From assembly GCA_030390025.1 (NCBI GenBank), contig CM059433.1, forward strand, positions 16,556,001 through 16,620,000: 64,000 bases of DNA, written 5' to 3'. The stretch comes from Squalus acanthias (Eukaryota). Made by a program: the position numbers and the translations under genes. The notes below the pieces were generated by a model. That model saw only the letters and a list, made by a program, of their open reading frames with translations, ran no database searches and was not told the origin of the DNA. Positions 34,173 to 47,126 of this stretch are shown here, one piece after another (the first letter of the stretch is position 1; each line of letters begins with the position of its first letter).

Positions 34173-34464
34173 GGCCCCTGCCATTGCTACCAACATTAAT
34201 GAACCCAGCACGCAACCCCTAAGCCGGCCAAGGCACCAATAATTCCAACCACCAACCATGTATATTTTGAATACAGAAACTTATTTATTTTACAAACTCT
34301 GTGTGTGTCAATTCCTCATGACAAACTCATAGAAATAAACACAAAAAAAGTCAATAACATAACTGGTTCTCACAACCTGGAGATAATGTCCAAAACACTA
34401 AACAAAAGTTGGACCATGAACCTCGACCTTGAATAAAAAAATGACCAGCATTTTGTCACACCTC

Positions 34465-35443
34465 CTACTTTTTGCCCTTCGAGGGTGATCTCCTTCCCTT
34501 GTGCACTTCCCCCCTTCTAACCCTACTGCTCCTCCGTAATGGGACCTCAGTGGCTGCAGCAAGGCTGGTGGAAGGCTGCTGCTCGTCAGACCCTGACACT
34601 GCAGATGCCCCTGAAGGACGGCCTCGACCACTTCTGGGCCTGGAGGGCCCGGCTGCAGACTGCACCAACTCTGCATGGGCGGCAGCAGTCTGTCCTACAG
34701 GCGGTGGCAAGTGCAGTGGAGAAGTGACAGTGTTGGCAGCAGGAATGCTGTCATCGTGAGAGAGGACAGCAACTCCCTGCTCGCCCGACACACTGGCACT
34801 CCCACGGGGCAGCACTTCAGCATCCGGAGCAATCTGCCGGAGAACAGATTGCTGGCCTGCTGCGGCGCGGTGACAGCCCCGGGGACATGTGCACGAACCA
34901 TCGAGGTTGGCAGCAGTCTGTGCTCGCGTGGCCTCAATCTGAGTCTGTATGAGAGCAGTCAGAGATGGGATCACGGCAGCCAGTGACTGAATTGCAGCAC
35001 TAAGCGTTAGTATGGCATCCGCCTGTGCTACAGCGAAGTGCTCCACACTCCTTGCCAGTGACTCAATGCATTCGGGCACCCTTCCCACTGCACCCATGAG
35101 CTCAGTGTGCATGCCCACCGCCTGGGTGTTCATTTCTGCGATCAGCCACTCCTCCTCTGCGTCCATTGCAGTAGGAGTGTCTGGCATACTCTCCCTCTGG
35201 GGAGAAGGCCCCGTTCTTCCCTACCCCCCCCATGGCGTTGCTGCAGCCCGCTGGGTCCTGGAGCTTCACCCTCATCAGACCCTTCCCCCCTGCTCCCCTC
35301 CAGGGAAGGCGTGTTCCCAGTGTGGGCATGGGCTTCCTCAGGAGAGGGTGGCACTGATGCTCCGGCTTCCTCTTCCTCCTCAGCTGCAGCATCACTCCCA
35401 GTGGCAGCTTCAGGGCCCGTCTCCTCAGCTGGTGAATCACCAT
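34465..35443 (-). CDS. Harbinger Myb/SANT-like protein, exon 3 (acidic linker, coiled coil, basic tail), with an apparent 1-nt frameshift near 35219-35222
   Basis: Acceptor CCCTGCTTTCAG; the phase-1 junction gives DGDSPAEE..APGPSGLQQRHGGG; the frame then switches to ORF 34465-35187, ending RRSPSKGKK*. Confidence 0.7.
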
Positions 35444-35602
35444 CTGAAAGCAGGGAGGTACAAGAGTGGCTTTAGCGTGAGGACAGGGTGGCAGTAAGGG
35501 AGGAATAAGTGCAGCGAGTTAGCAAGTTGGATTGAAAGTGTCAAAGGCTGGTGTTGTGAGGGACAAGTGGAAGGACAGAGGACAAAAAGGTGATGACCTT
35601 AC

Positions 35603-35765
35603 CATTGCTGTCCAGAACGGGGTCGGCGTCTCCAGTGGCGACGGGACCGATCACCTGGCTTGCCACAATCCTGTGGACGCGCTCCTCAAGATCGCTGAGG
35701 GGTTGCAGCTGAGGCCGCCCTCCACCTGTCCGTTGCTGCTGTCTCCGATTATGCGCCAGCTTGGC
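35603..35765 (-). CDS. Harbinger Myb/SANT-like protein, exon 2
   Basis: Acceptor TTTTTCTTACAG; in-phase AKLAHNRRQQQRTGGG motif; donor G|GTAAGG at 35602. Confidence 0.85.
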
Positions 35766-35793
35766 CTGTAAGAAAAAGGACAGCATCTGAGTA

Positions 35794-36117
35794 AATATAC
35801 AGCCATGGTCTTGCCTGATGTGCCTCCCATAGGTGAATAGCCCTTACAATATACAGCCATGGTCTTGCCTGATGTGCCTCCCATAGGTGAATAGCCCTTA
35901 CAATATACAGCCATGGTCTTGCCTGATGTGCCTCCCATAGGTGAATAGCCCTTACAATATACAGCCATGGTCTTGCCTGATGTGCCTCCCATAGGTGAAT
36001 AGCCCTTACAATATACAGCCATAGTCTTGCCTGATGTGCCTCCCATAGGTGAATAGCCCTTACAATATACAGCCATGGTCTTGCTTGATGTGCCTCCCAT
36101 AGGTGAATAGCCCTTAC
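35794..36117. repeat. 54-bp tandem repeat, six copies, in intron 1 of the Myb gene
   Basis: Unit AATATACAGCCATGGTCTTGCCTGATGTGCCTCCCATAGGTGAATAGCCCTTAC; about two substitutions in total; no spacers. Confidence 0.97.
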
Positions 36118-36265
36118 TGTATGCAAAGTGTGGAATGTGTGTGTGTGTTTCATGAAAGGGCCATAGGTGTTGGATGAGTGTTGTGCATTGGGGTTTTAAG
36201 ACCCTCTGGCCATAGAGTGAGGTTGAGATGGAGGGATGGAGAGGTATTGAGAAAAAGCCACTCAC

Positions 36266-36502
36266 CCTGACGACCCGAGTGAGGTCGTTGAACTTTTTGC
36301 GGCATTGAGTATGGGTCCTGGGCACCATGCTCCTGGAGGAGACGCTCTGAGCCACCTCCCTCCACACTCTTCTAAACTCGCGTGGCAAAGGCCTCCTGCC
36401 ACTCTCAGGGAAGAGCATACATCGTCTGCGCTCCACCGCGCCAACCAGAGCATCCAAGGCCCGCTCGGTGAAGCGATGAGCGCGTTCTCTCACCCTCTCC
36501 AT
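36266..36502 (-). CDS. Harbinger Myb/SANT-like DNA-binding protein, exon 1 (79 aa)
   Basis: RFTERALDALV..W..VA..V....RT..QCRKKFNDL trihelix pattern; donor AGG|GTGAGT at 36265. Confidence 0.88.
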
Positions 36503-38310
36503 GCTTGGCAGCAAAATGGATTCACAGGTCTCTCCAGGCTGAGATTCAAGGCTGCAATGAGCAGGGTGTGGCTGGGGAGCAAGTTGGCCCCCCCCGCTTT
36601 AAGAAGTGGCCGGCGCCAGTGTGTCTGTGTTCCCTCGCTAACTGGCAGCAGCTGCGCTGCGCTCGCGCGCTGAGTTAGCGCCTCACTCCTTGGCCTTTGC
36701 GCCTTAAGACAGGTGTGCAGCGCCTGCTTTAGCGCTCCACTCACCTCCCGGGGCGGTAAAAGTGAAGTTTCCAGTCAGTGCCGATAATTAGCGCCAGGCG
36801 CTAATATTTGCGTCCAGACGATATTTGCGCCCCAAATGGGGCGCGACCTAATTTCTATCCCTATGTATTGTAAAAAGTCATAACTTTTTACAGAAACTTT
36901 AGTTAGCAGTTACTTCCATCGATGATGTTTTTGTTGAATCAGTGGTATTGACTTGGTGTTTCTCATTGCAGACGATACTGTAGAAACATCACAGAAGTAG
37001 TTTCTTTATTTAAACATTACTTGTCATTCACAGTTGCTTAGGCAAAGTCCTGGGAGAATTCAACTAGCAGGATATGGTGCAAAGCATGGGAAAATATAAA
37101 ATAGCATAAAAAAAACATTAAGAGGTTTCCCTTAATAAATTAAGCTGGCATAGTGGTAGGCGCACTGCAGCTGTCCCATCATCCCTAGCCTGGCAAGATG
37201 AAAAATCAGTTAAGGATGCCACTCCTGATCACTATGCGGTGATTTCTGCTGGAAGGTGCACAGGTTTGGATGTTAGATAAGGACAGGGTTGAGGTTAGCC
37301 CCGATGTTCTCCACGGATGAATAACTTGGCAATATTTCACTGTCTAGACTGATCCATGTAGAATAGGTAGTTGGGTATGGAAGCAGAAGGTCCTGACACT
37401 ATTAGAATGGTGCCCCCGCACACATCACCAGCTTCAGAGAGGGGGGGAAGAAAATTGGAAGGGAGGAATTAAAAGTGAGAAGTTTGGATATTATGGCTTC
37501 AAAGTCATGGAGTGCAGGACATTAGCCTCGCCAGTCTTGTTTTCACATTCGCATAGAGGTGTGAAGTGTCAGCAATAGTTCAACAACTATCAAATAGATC
37601 AACAGCAGACTTCTCACTTTTTTAAGGCATCTGTTGACTCATGAGCACACATGCAGAAAGATGCACTGATAAAGCCGACATTAGCGACATGGAAAACATG
37701 TCCAGCGTCACTCAGAACACTGAAGGTGTTTATGGAGAGGAGACCACTATAAAGAGGTCAAGTAAAGGCCGTTGGGATTGTTTGTCTTTGCGGGCTTCTT
37801 CCCCGACACTTCTTTGATGTACAAACATCACTTCTGCTTACAATTGGATAGCCCCTTCCTGACCCCCTGATTATCACAGGTTCATGCTCAGTTGGCCAAG
37901 TTATTGAGTGGCCAAAGGTTTTCCTGTTTGCCACGGCACTAACGTGGAGCCACAGGACTTGACTGTCCATTTGTCCCAAACCAGGTCCCAAAATTTGCTG
38001 CAACTGCCTCAGCGCCCACCTCAACTGAATGCTGTGAATAAAACAAAAGTATCTGGTTAAGGTAGTCCAGGAAAAGAAAAGATTGAACGCACATGTTCGG
38101 ATAGTTATGTTCTGCTGCTGTACAGATTCAGATTCTGCCGCAGTACTATTGTAAACTAGATTGCATGCCAATAAAGCATTGTGCAATAATACTTGTGACA
38201 TTTACAGCCTTGAAGTGATGCTGTGGGATAGTAGTGTACAAAATCAGCAGAGAGAGCAATCCCATACAAAGACGTTAAGCGTTCATCCCCAGCGTGATCT
38301 CAAGGACTTT

Positions 38311-38980
38311 AGGCTCGATTTTAACCTGGGGCGTGAGTGCAAAGCGGGGGGGGGCGCCAGTGTGTGTGGGAAGCTCCGATGGTTCTGCTAGCATGAGGCT
38401 CGGCCCATTTCAACTCCCGGGCTTTGTCTTACTTTGTAAAATCATACACCTGTTCGAAGCCGGCGGGAATGACATGATGGTCGGCGGATGGGAACGGAAA
38501 CCAGGAACCCGAGGAAATGGTCCCCGGCAAGGGGGGGTTGTGGTGGTGGGGATTCTGAGGCAATCACGGCCGCGAGAAGTGGAATGGAAGTCCAGGCCAA
38601 GGGAGGCCCAAGATTCCTTGTGGGGCCTGGGGGGGTTACACTCCTACTCCTCCTGGTCCACAAGGAAACCGTTGATAAATTTCTACCAGCACTTACCCGA
38701 GTCTCTTCAGGCCCTGGATCCAATTCGCGGAGGCTTTCCCAGTCACGGCCGGCACTGTGCGCGACTCAGGCAGCCCGGGGATTAAAATGGCGCTGAAGTC
38801 CGAGTGACGTCATCAGACCCCACCCCTTGAATATTTGTGAAGCCCTCGGCTCGGGCCTCATAAGTCCTCCCGAAACTTAGGGTAAAAATCGTGACCGGTG
38901 AATGTGCGATGCGAACAGGAACGTAAGTATTCTGTCCCACACATCCTGTTCTCGTGGAGCATCTGGGTTAAAATCGGGGT
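38311..38980. mobile_element. Degenerate Harbinger-type MITE
   Basis: CGATTTTAACC / GGTTAAAATCG inverted termini with a GC-rich body. Confidence 0.55.
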
Positions 38981-40227
38981 TTTTTTGTGTGTTTGAGAAG
39001 CTTATTGTCGTGTCAGCCGTGATAATGCCCTAAAACTTTAACATTTTATTGGAGCCAGTGTAAGAATACATCATCGCTGTAAAGTAACTTGACTAAACTC
39101 AAAGTTGACCAAATTTAGTGGACCGGCATACCTTGAGAGACTGAGGGCCGTGTTATTGGGCAAATTCTGTAAACATCACAAATAAGGAAGTAGGCCTTGA
39201 GAGTTCTGTAAAACAAACCTTCGAGCCATTGTTCACAGGAACTTCTTCAGACAATGGCGTAACCGGCCTTGAGGCCCACTGACTAACAGATAAGGAGAGG
39301 AGAAAGAAAAAACAACTACTGGCCATTGTCAACGTGGTCGGAGACACGTGCGCATTGGGCGGTCTGCTAATTTTTGGGGCCTAAAAACTGCAGTCGACAG
39401 ACACTAGGGGTTGCTGCAGTGAGTCGGGTGACTTGATCAGTCGCACAGAGAAGAGAACCTACGAGTCACCGCCGAGCTGATCACTCGCTGGTGTTAGTAC
39501 GTATGTATGCTTGTCATCGCTGTTGATTTTAAGTAAAGAATAGTTACCCTGAGATCTTTGTCCCGAGATGTCTGTTCCAATATGGGTTCGAACTCTCAGT
39601 ACCGTTAGACTGGAGTAAAAATTTACACAATTGTCCCATACATTGAAACCCTCTTATCCAAATTCATAGTAAAGAAATGGCATTAACGAACCCACGGCAT
39701 TAATTGAATTTCCATTATTATTGCAATTTTCATTGGTACGTACAGTGACTATGTCAGACTCGCTCTGTGCATCAGACCTATAAATATAATTATGTAGTTA
39801 TGAGACATCAGGTGACATCACATCTTGTCTTGTCTTGTGTTGCCTAGATACAGAAGGCCAAACACTAACGATGGTGTCATACTAGATCTGAGTTTACACT
39901 GCTACACAATCAGTATGGTACTGGGACAAAGCATGAAACTAGACGCAACAGCTCTCTTACTGGTATGGTTCCAAAGTAAAGACATTGGACAGGCAGAATA
40001 ACTCCCGCGTGGAGTCCACACCAACTTTCCCCCAACATCAACTTGGCAGTGCGGAGTGTAAGAAATCATATTGATGAACAGAATGAATCCACCCACAACG
40101 TTTACACTGTTTTGTACTTTGATTTAGTTGATGGGTTTTGGTTAGTTCTTAGCCAACTCAGAGAATACGGTCTGTGCCTAAACAAGCCGTTTTTATTTTT
40201 TGAAAAATCAAAATATGTAAACTTTAC

Positions 40228-41118
40228 GGGGGAGAAATTCGGTATCGCCCCGCTTGGGGCGCAATTATCGGCCGGGCGCAAAGTTTAGCGCCTGGCGCTA
40301 ATTATTGCCTCCAACTGCAAACTTGGCTTCTATCGCCCCTGGAGGTGATTGGAGTGCTAAATCAGGCGCTTCACTCCTCTCTTAAGGCGCTAATGCCAAG
40401 GAATGAGGCGCTACCTCAGAGCGCTGGCGAAGCTCAGGTGATGTCAGTCAGCAATGGAACACAGACACACTGGCGCCGGCCAGTTCTTAAAGGGGAGGGT
40501 CGATCTTGCTCTCCAGCCACACCCTGCTCATTGCAGCCTTGAATCTCGGCCTGAGAGACCTGTACATCAAATCTGCTGGAAAGAACAATGGAGAGGCCCA
40601 GGGAAAGAGCTCAGAGTACAGCCCCCACAATCTCTTCTAAATCGATGCAAGGAAGAGCAAATCAAAATGAACCTGCAAAGTGCTGCTCAGTACCTAAAAC
40701 TCCTTCACACAGCGTTGAATCTCCCCAGAAGTCTCTCTCTCTCTCTCAGAATGCGTGGTGCAAAAATGTCGCCGACAAAAAAAGGCAGGAAGCGGTCGCC
40801 TTTAAATAGCACTCCCCCAGTCCCTTCCCGACTGCAAAACGTTCCCCTCAACCTGTCATTGCTAGCGGCAGGCAGAAAGGCAGGGGGCGCCACTCAATAT
40901 CTGGTCCAGGGCCCTACCGGGGCGTTGCACGCTCGACTGACGTCATGATCTGCGGGCGCAGGAGATCGTGGCGGTAGTGTTTAATGCCGCCGCAAAATGT
41001 CTGGTCAATTTCGCGAGTGGCGCAAACATCGCCACGCCCGGGTGCTAGTTGCTTTGCGCCCCATTAGCGCCCTCTTAGGGCGCTAACGGGAGGCGCAAAG
41101 CAACTAAATTTTTTCTCC
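40228..41118 (-). mobile_element. Harbinger MITE (family A), second copy
   Basis: TSD TAC (40225-40227, 41119-41121); colinear and highly similar to 31021-31902. Confidence 0.9.
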
Positions 41119-41315
41119 TACATGCTTTACGGTATACATCCAATGGAAAGCCTTGTTTTAAAGCCAGTACCGAACAAAAGATGTCTTCAGACTGAGACCA
41201 CAAATAGAACTGTGTAGATTTGTTTATAGATCCAATGACAAGGAAAGGGAGGGCGATCAGGAGGGGGCAACCGGAAAAGTGCAAATGATTGGGAGGGCGC
41301 CCACTGGGAAGGGAA

Positions 41316-42025
41316 GGACGATCGGGAGGAAGGAGGGAGATCGGGAGGAGGGAGGGTGAGAGATCGGGAGGAGGGAGGGTGAGAGATCGGGAGGAGGTTG
41401 GGAGATCGGGGGGAGGGAGGGCGATCGGGGGGAGGGAGGGCGATCGGGAGGAGGGAGGGTGAAAGATCGGGAGGAGGTTGGGAGATCGGGGAGAGGGAGG
41501 GCAATCGGGAGGAGGGAGGGCAATCGGGGAGGGAGGGTGAGAGATCGGGAGGAGGGAGGGTGATCAGGGGGAGGGAGGGCGATCAGGGGGAGGGAAGGTG
41601 AGAGATCGGGGGAGGGAGGGTGAGAGAGTGGGGGGAGGGAGGGCGATCGGGAGGAGGCAGGGTGGGAGATCGGGAGGAGGGAGGGTGATCAGAGGGAGGG
41701 AGGGCGATCGGGGGGATGGAGGGTGAGAGATCGGGAGGAGGGAGGGTGATCAGGGGGAGGGAGGGCGATCGGGGGGAGGGAGGGTGAAAGATCGGGAGGA
41801 GGTTGGGAGATCGGGGAGAGGGAGGGCAATCGGGAGGAGGGAGGGCAATCGGGGAGGGAGGGTGAGAGATCGGGAGGAGGGAGGGTGATCAGGGGGAGGG
41901 AGGGCGATCAGGGGGAGGGAAGGTGAGAGATCGGGGGAGGGAGGGTGAGAGAGTGGGGGGAGGGAGGGCGATCGGGAGGAGGCAGGGTGGGAGATCGGGG
42001 GGAGGGAGGGCGATTGGGAGGGGGG
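41316..42025. repeat. G-rich GATC-anchored minisatellite with a ~325-bp higher-order duplication
   Basis: Units such as GATCGGGAGGAGGGAGGG; the block starting GAAAGATCGG at 41461 recurs at 41786. Confidence 0.95.
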
Positions 42026-43664
42026 CACGGTTCAATCCTTCCATATACTGATAGTGGCAGCAAAACAGTGTTCTGCTCAAACCTGAATATTAAACACATC
42101 AGCTGCATCCGAACTTCTCTTGTACCTGATAACAGCCCCACACTGAGATCTCTGCACATTATCTGGGCTGATATCCCTGTGCAGTAATGACAGGAAGTGC
42201 TGCACTCTCAGAGGCACTGTCCTCGGAATGAGACTGTAAGTTCCGTCTACCTATTCAGCTGGACATCGAAAAGTCATTGCACAATTTGAAAAAGGTAATA
42301 GAGTTCTCGCAGTGTCCCGGCCAACATTCCTCCCTCAACCAATACAAAAAAGAACAGATTAACTGGCAGTTCACGTCACTGCTATTAGGGGGATGCTGCT
42401 GGTGTCGAATATCCCTTGTGGTGACCATTATAACAACAGTCAGTGCATTGCAAAGGTAATTAATACTGCAAAGTACGTTGAAATGTTTGTAATGTGATAA
42501 GGACTATATAAATGGAGAGGATAGTGATATATACAAAAACAACTTATAAATAATAGTAGAGGTGTAACAAGGACCTTGGAGATGAGAATAGCCAAGCATT
42601 ATAAAACATTCATCCAGTGTCATAAAAGTTAAAAATAAAGTAACTAGAAACAAAGTTAGAATTCTAAAAAGGAAGTATTGGTTAACTGAGGAAAGGTGAA
42701 AATACTAAATTAGTAATTTCCAGAGGTATTCACAAAAACGCTGGCATACTCAGTAGCCTTTCCGAATGAAACAGCATGGCCTAGATAATTGGATGTTGCC
42801 CGATCCTATGCTGCACGCGCCCAATGAGGCCGACAGCAGGACTACAGCAGACTGGTCTGCCGGCCTCACTAGTGTATCATCAGGTGAGCTCCGAGCACCA
42901 GCCGCGGCCACAGGGGGCAGCTCGCCAGTCACGGGGGAATAGCAAGCTCGGTTGGCCAGCATGCTGACCGAGGGCCTAAAGTAAGTCCGGGAGGGAGGGT
43001 TGGGGGGGCGGTGGTGGGTGAGCGGTGGCCGACAGTTTTAATGTGGAGCCTGGTGGAGCACTGCTGCTCCTCCTGTTTCCATATTTGGTAAGTATTTTTT
43101 TTAAACTTAGCCTTTTGATGGCGGCCTCCAGTGGTTCCTTTAAGGACCGCGGTGCGGTGTAGGCCGCATGTGGACCTGGTTATCCTAGCGCAGCAGACCC
43201 GGCCCCTGCTGTGTTCAGGGCAAACCAATTTCTGATTGTGTCCTAAAACACGCACTAGTCCCCTTATTAGTATATTCAAGGGGCCGAACGCCTGTTCTAG
43301 GCAGCTGCTACTGAGGCCTCTACAGCACCTGATCCAATGTGTCTTTGGACGTGTTTCTGATGCTGTTTGGGTGCGGAAGGTTGCCTGCCCACCCCTAAAT
43401 TGGACCCCGTTGCACTCATTTTCTGCCTGCCAATCAGCAATTGGATTTTTGGTCCCAACAATTTCATTTCATGCAAAATAAAAATAAAAATGTTCCATTC
43501 AGTGCAGCAGATATTTCAGCCTAGCTGCCACTCAAGCTGCGACATGTTTTCTCATAGCGAGTGCTACCAGCTTTTGCTTTGAAAAGACTGGGTCATAGTC
43601 CAACTCACGCATTTGTGAAAAACTCAGACTGTCCGACCCGAAGATTGATGCATTACTGATACCA

Positions 43665-44330
43665 TTGCCTCGATTTTAACCCCTTCACACCGATCGGCAG
43701 GAAGGGCGCGCGGGGTTAAAATCTTAAAAATTCGCGATCCCGCCTCCAATTTGCCGCGTTCCCGGCCGCCATAATATTTGCTGTGGTGATTCAGGCCCTG
43801 GAGGAGGCTCCCGCTAAAAGTAGGCGGGGACCTACTTGAGATTCAAAAGTCGCGGGCCAACGATGTCAACGGCACCTTGACATAATTTTAAGGTCCACGC
43901 AGGGGGAGTCCCGTGTTGTTTTCTGCCTGGCAGCAGCAACAAGGCAGGAAGCCAGAAGAGGCCCAGCTAAGTTTTACAACATTCCCTCTCTGTGAACTCC
44001 TCGTGGGTCAGGAGGAGCAGGCGTGCTTCCCCCAGGCTCCACAAGGAGTCCTCGGGCCTTCCCAGCCCCGGCACCCTCCGACCCCGCCGCCCCCCCACCG
44101 ATCTTCAGGGAATCCCGAGACGTGGAAACCCCGGCCTCTCAAGCTCACCGCGACACGAGGGAATCCCCTCCATCCACTGATTGCCGGGGATCATTATTTA
44201 AATGAGGCCCTGCCATTAAGATCAGCAGGGTCTCTGCATCCTCGACCCGGCCGGGTGTGTCACCCGCTACCAGGCTCCCCCGTACCCTTCCCAACGCTCC
44301 CCACACCCCCCCCGCGAAAAATTGAGGCCC
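43665..44330. mobile_element. Degenerate Harbinger-type MITE
   Basis: GCCTCGATTTT / AAAATTGAGGCCC termini; body resembles 38311-38980 in style. Confidence 0.5.
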
Positions 44331-45944
44331 ATGTTCCTGGACCTCACTTGCAGTCACAAGTGATTTATGTGGAACAGTTAAATGTGCAGCACCATATTAT
44401 GTGCCAAAACTTTCTTGTTGCCGAATATCTTCCTATCTTCTGCCCTTTGACATGTAAAGGACAGCAAAGAGGCACGTCGCAGGAACCAAGCTGACTTGCC
44501 TGCCTCCCATCCAACTACCACCAACCCCAGGCACCGCCAGATGAGGGGTGGTAGTAAACCCTGGACCTGCGGCTGAAAGCCTGCTGAAAGGCCCTCTAGG
44601 AGGGAGAGGATCTAGTAGTGGGCACCACTCGTCTGCCCCGATTACAACAACAACAACCCCTTGCATTTACATAGTGCCTTTAGCACAGTAATGTTAATCA
44701 CTGACCCGCTGTACGCTTCAACTCAACTCGGGAGCTGAAATTAAATTTTGCAGAAGACCTTCGAGATGCGTCTGGGCCTTCGATATCAGCCCCTCTCTCT
44801 CCGGCACTGCAGCACTGCCACATTCCCCTGGACAGCAGCTGTGGGCGCCCACTGTGCGGCAGGATCCCGCCGGGAGCTCGCACTGCATATCTAATGAGCT
44901 CCGATCCAGGAAAAAGGGGTTCAGCATCATGGTGGTACCCCGAGATTCCTCTGGTGGCAAATCCGCCTTGGAGGAAAATTGAGCACCGAGCTTCCGGCAG
45001 CGCCGAGTGCATTTTCCAGATAGTAATTTATTCCACACCATGGCATATATGTCCGTGCCAAATGTAATTAATCAATTCGCCACATGCCGGAAACAGGGTC
45101 ATACCCTGTGCATGTTACAGGTGACTCAGAGGAGCAACATGACTTTCTAACAGCCAAGTGCCAACTAAGCACACGCCTATAATAAATCATGCATCAGCAG
45201 AACAAAGTGAAACCTTCGCTACAAATGGAAGGGTCTGAATGCAGGCAATAACAGGTGCTGGGAATGTACTAGATAGTTGTAACATGATGACAGCTTCCTG
45301 CCCTGCTCATAATGGATTTTTTCCCCCTCTTCCGAGTACTGTAACACGTATAGTCACTCGGCAGTGACAGTCTTCCAGTATCTTGCCCCAAATACACCTT
45401 CTTCATAGGTAACATAGGGACATTAGGAACAGGATGAGGCCATTCAGCCCCTTGGCCTGCTCCACAATTCAGTTAGATCATGGCTGACCAGCACCTCAAC
45501 TCTATTTTCCCACCTTTGCTCCATATCCCTTGATTCTCTTGCCTAACAAAAATCTATCTATCTGAGTCTTGGAAGCTCTAATTGTCCACACAATGTGTGG
45601 TCATTGTACAATGGCCCTGATCATCAGTCGGATATTCAGCTACAGAGGGCAAAACAGTCTGACATTCAATCTCTCCAGAAGTCGTCACCACATTGTGATC
45701 AGAATGGATAGCTGGGCTGATTTTATTCCCTTCTGAATTCAAGGGCATTGAGGCTAAGTGCGGTGCCTCAGCTAATTGGGCACAGACCAGAATAAGCTCC
45801 TAGGACCTTCCTCGACTGTGTCACGCATTAAGTATCACACCATTTGATGCCTGGCCTCTGCTCAGCACCTTTCCATGTGGTACAACTCCAATTAAGGAAT
45901 TGAATCTGCAACGATCTGTAATGTTTATTGAACACACAAAGAAA

Positions 45945-46378
45945 GAAAGAATAGAACGCCTTTCGCAACCTTAGGTGTCCTAAAGTGATTTACAGCTTTT
46001 AAACTGTAGTCATTGTTGTAATGTAGGAAACGCGGCAGCCAATTTGTGCACAGCAAGGTCGCACAAACAGCAATAAGATAATGACCAGATAATCTGTTTT
46101 AGTAATATTGCTTGAGGGATGAATACTGGCCAGGACATGGGGGAGAACTCCCCTGCTCTTCTTCAAAATAGCGTCAGGGGATCTTTTACGTCCACCTGAG
46201 AGGGCAGTTTGGCCCTTGGTTTAATGTCTTACACAAAAGTTGGCATCTTTGACAGAGCAGCACTCCCTCAGCACTGCACTGAAGTGTCAGCCTAGATTAT
46301 GTACTCAAGTCTCTGGAGTGGGACTTGAACCCACAACTTTCAGAGGCGAGAGTGCTACCAGTGAGCTAAGGCTGACTC
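45945..46378 (-). mobile_element. tRNA-derived Deu-domain-like SINE with L2-type tail
   Basis: Minus-strand head with A- and B-box-like motifs (GGTTCAAGTCCC); central domain resembling DeuSINEs (from memory); tail copies at 15395-15495 and 19088-19430, and a degenerate copy at ~42160-42510. Confidence 0.65.
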
Positions 46379-46578
46379 AACTTCAAACACTCAACTGAAG
46401 GTCGAAGCAGTGATCAAAGACTATCTATCAGTCCATTCATGATTCTTTCCCGCTGGCTCAGTGCACAGAGCTGTCACCTTCTGCCTCATGGTCGTCATCC
46501 TTTCTGGTCCCCCACCAGACAAGGTGGCCTTTCAGCTTGCAATGGGATCGGAGGGTGAAATTCCAGTCCTCACTAGTA

Positions 46579-46829
46579 CAGTAAACTCTTTCGTATCCGG
46601 CACCTACAGGACCGGGATGGTGCCGGTTGATGAAAAATTCCGGATAACAGCGAGGTAGGCAATTTTTAACACAAAAAAAATAAAAACCACGGACTAACTC
46701 GGCCACCACGGGAAACTCGGACTCGGAAAAACGAAAAATGGATGGATTCGGCAAGATTAACGATTATCTATTTTGCCGGTTATTAAAGAATTCCGGATGA
46801 TTAAGTGCCGTTCAAACAAGAGTTTACTG
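46579..46829. mobile_element. Tc1/mariner (pogo/Tigger-type) MITE
   Basis: TA TSD (46577-46578, 46830-46831); TIR CAGTAAACTCTT / AAGAGTTTACTG. Confidence 0.85.
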
Positions 46830-47126
46830 TATTAGGGAGTAATGCTTTCTATTATGCTGATAGGGTAAGAAGTAGAGTGGGATGAGACTTGTGTGGAGCA
46901 TAAATACCGGCATAGACCAGTTGGGCCGAATGGCCTGTTTCTGTGCTGTAAATTCGATGTAATTCAATGTAATACTCAGAACTGACTGTTGCTAAAAATT
47001 CACTGCCCTTTTTTTATTTTCCATTACTTTTCAAATTAAAAATGAAGTTCTTGTATGCCTTGAGTTATGGATTCATCACAAGGCAACTTTTTTCATGGCA
47101 ACAGTGACGAGGCTATCGAGTCAAAA

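Larger units (their letters stand above)
32514..36861 (+). mobile_element. Full-length PIF/Harbinger DNA transposon (4348 bp)
   Basis: TSD TAT (32511-32513, 36862-36864); imperfect TIR GGGGTAAAAATT / AATTTCTATCCC; convergent transposase and Myb/SANT genes. Confidence 0.95.

Noticed and set aside
35794..36117. CRISPR-like or guide array next to a nuclease gene
   Set aside because: Units are head-to-tail and near-identical with no variable spacers; they lie in a spliceosomal intron of a eukaryotic transposon.
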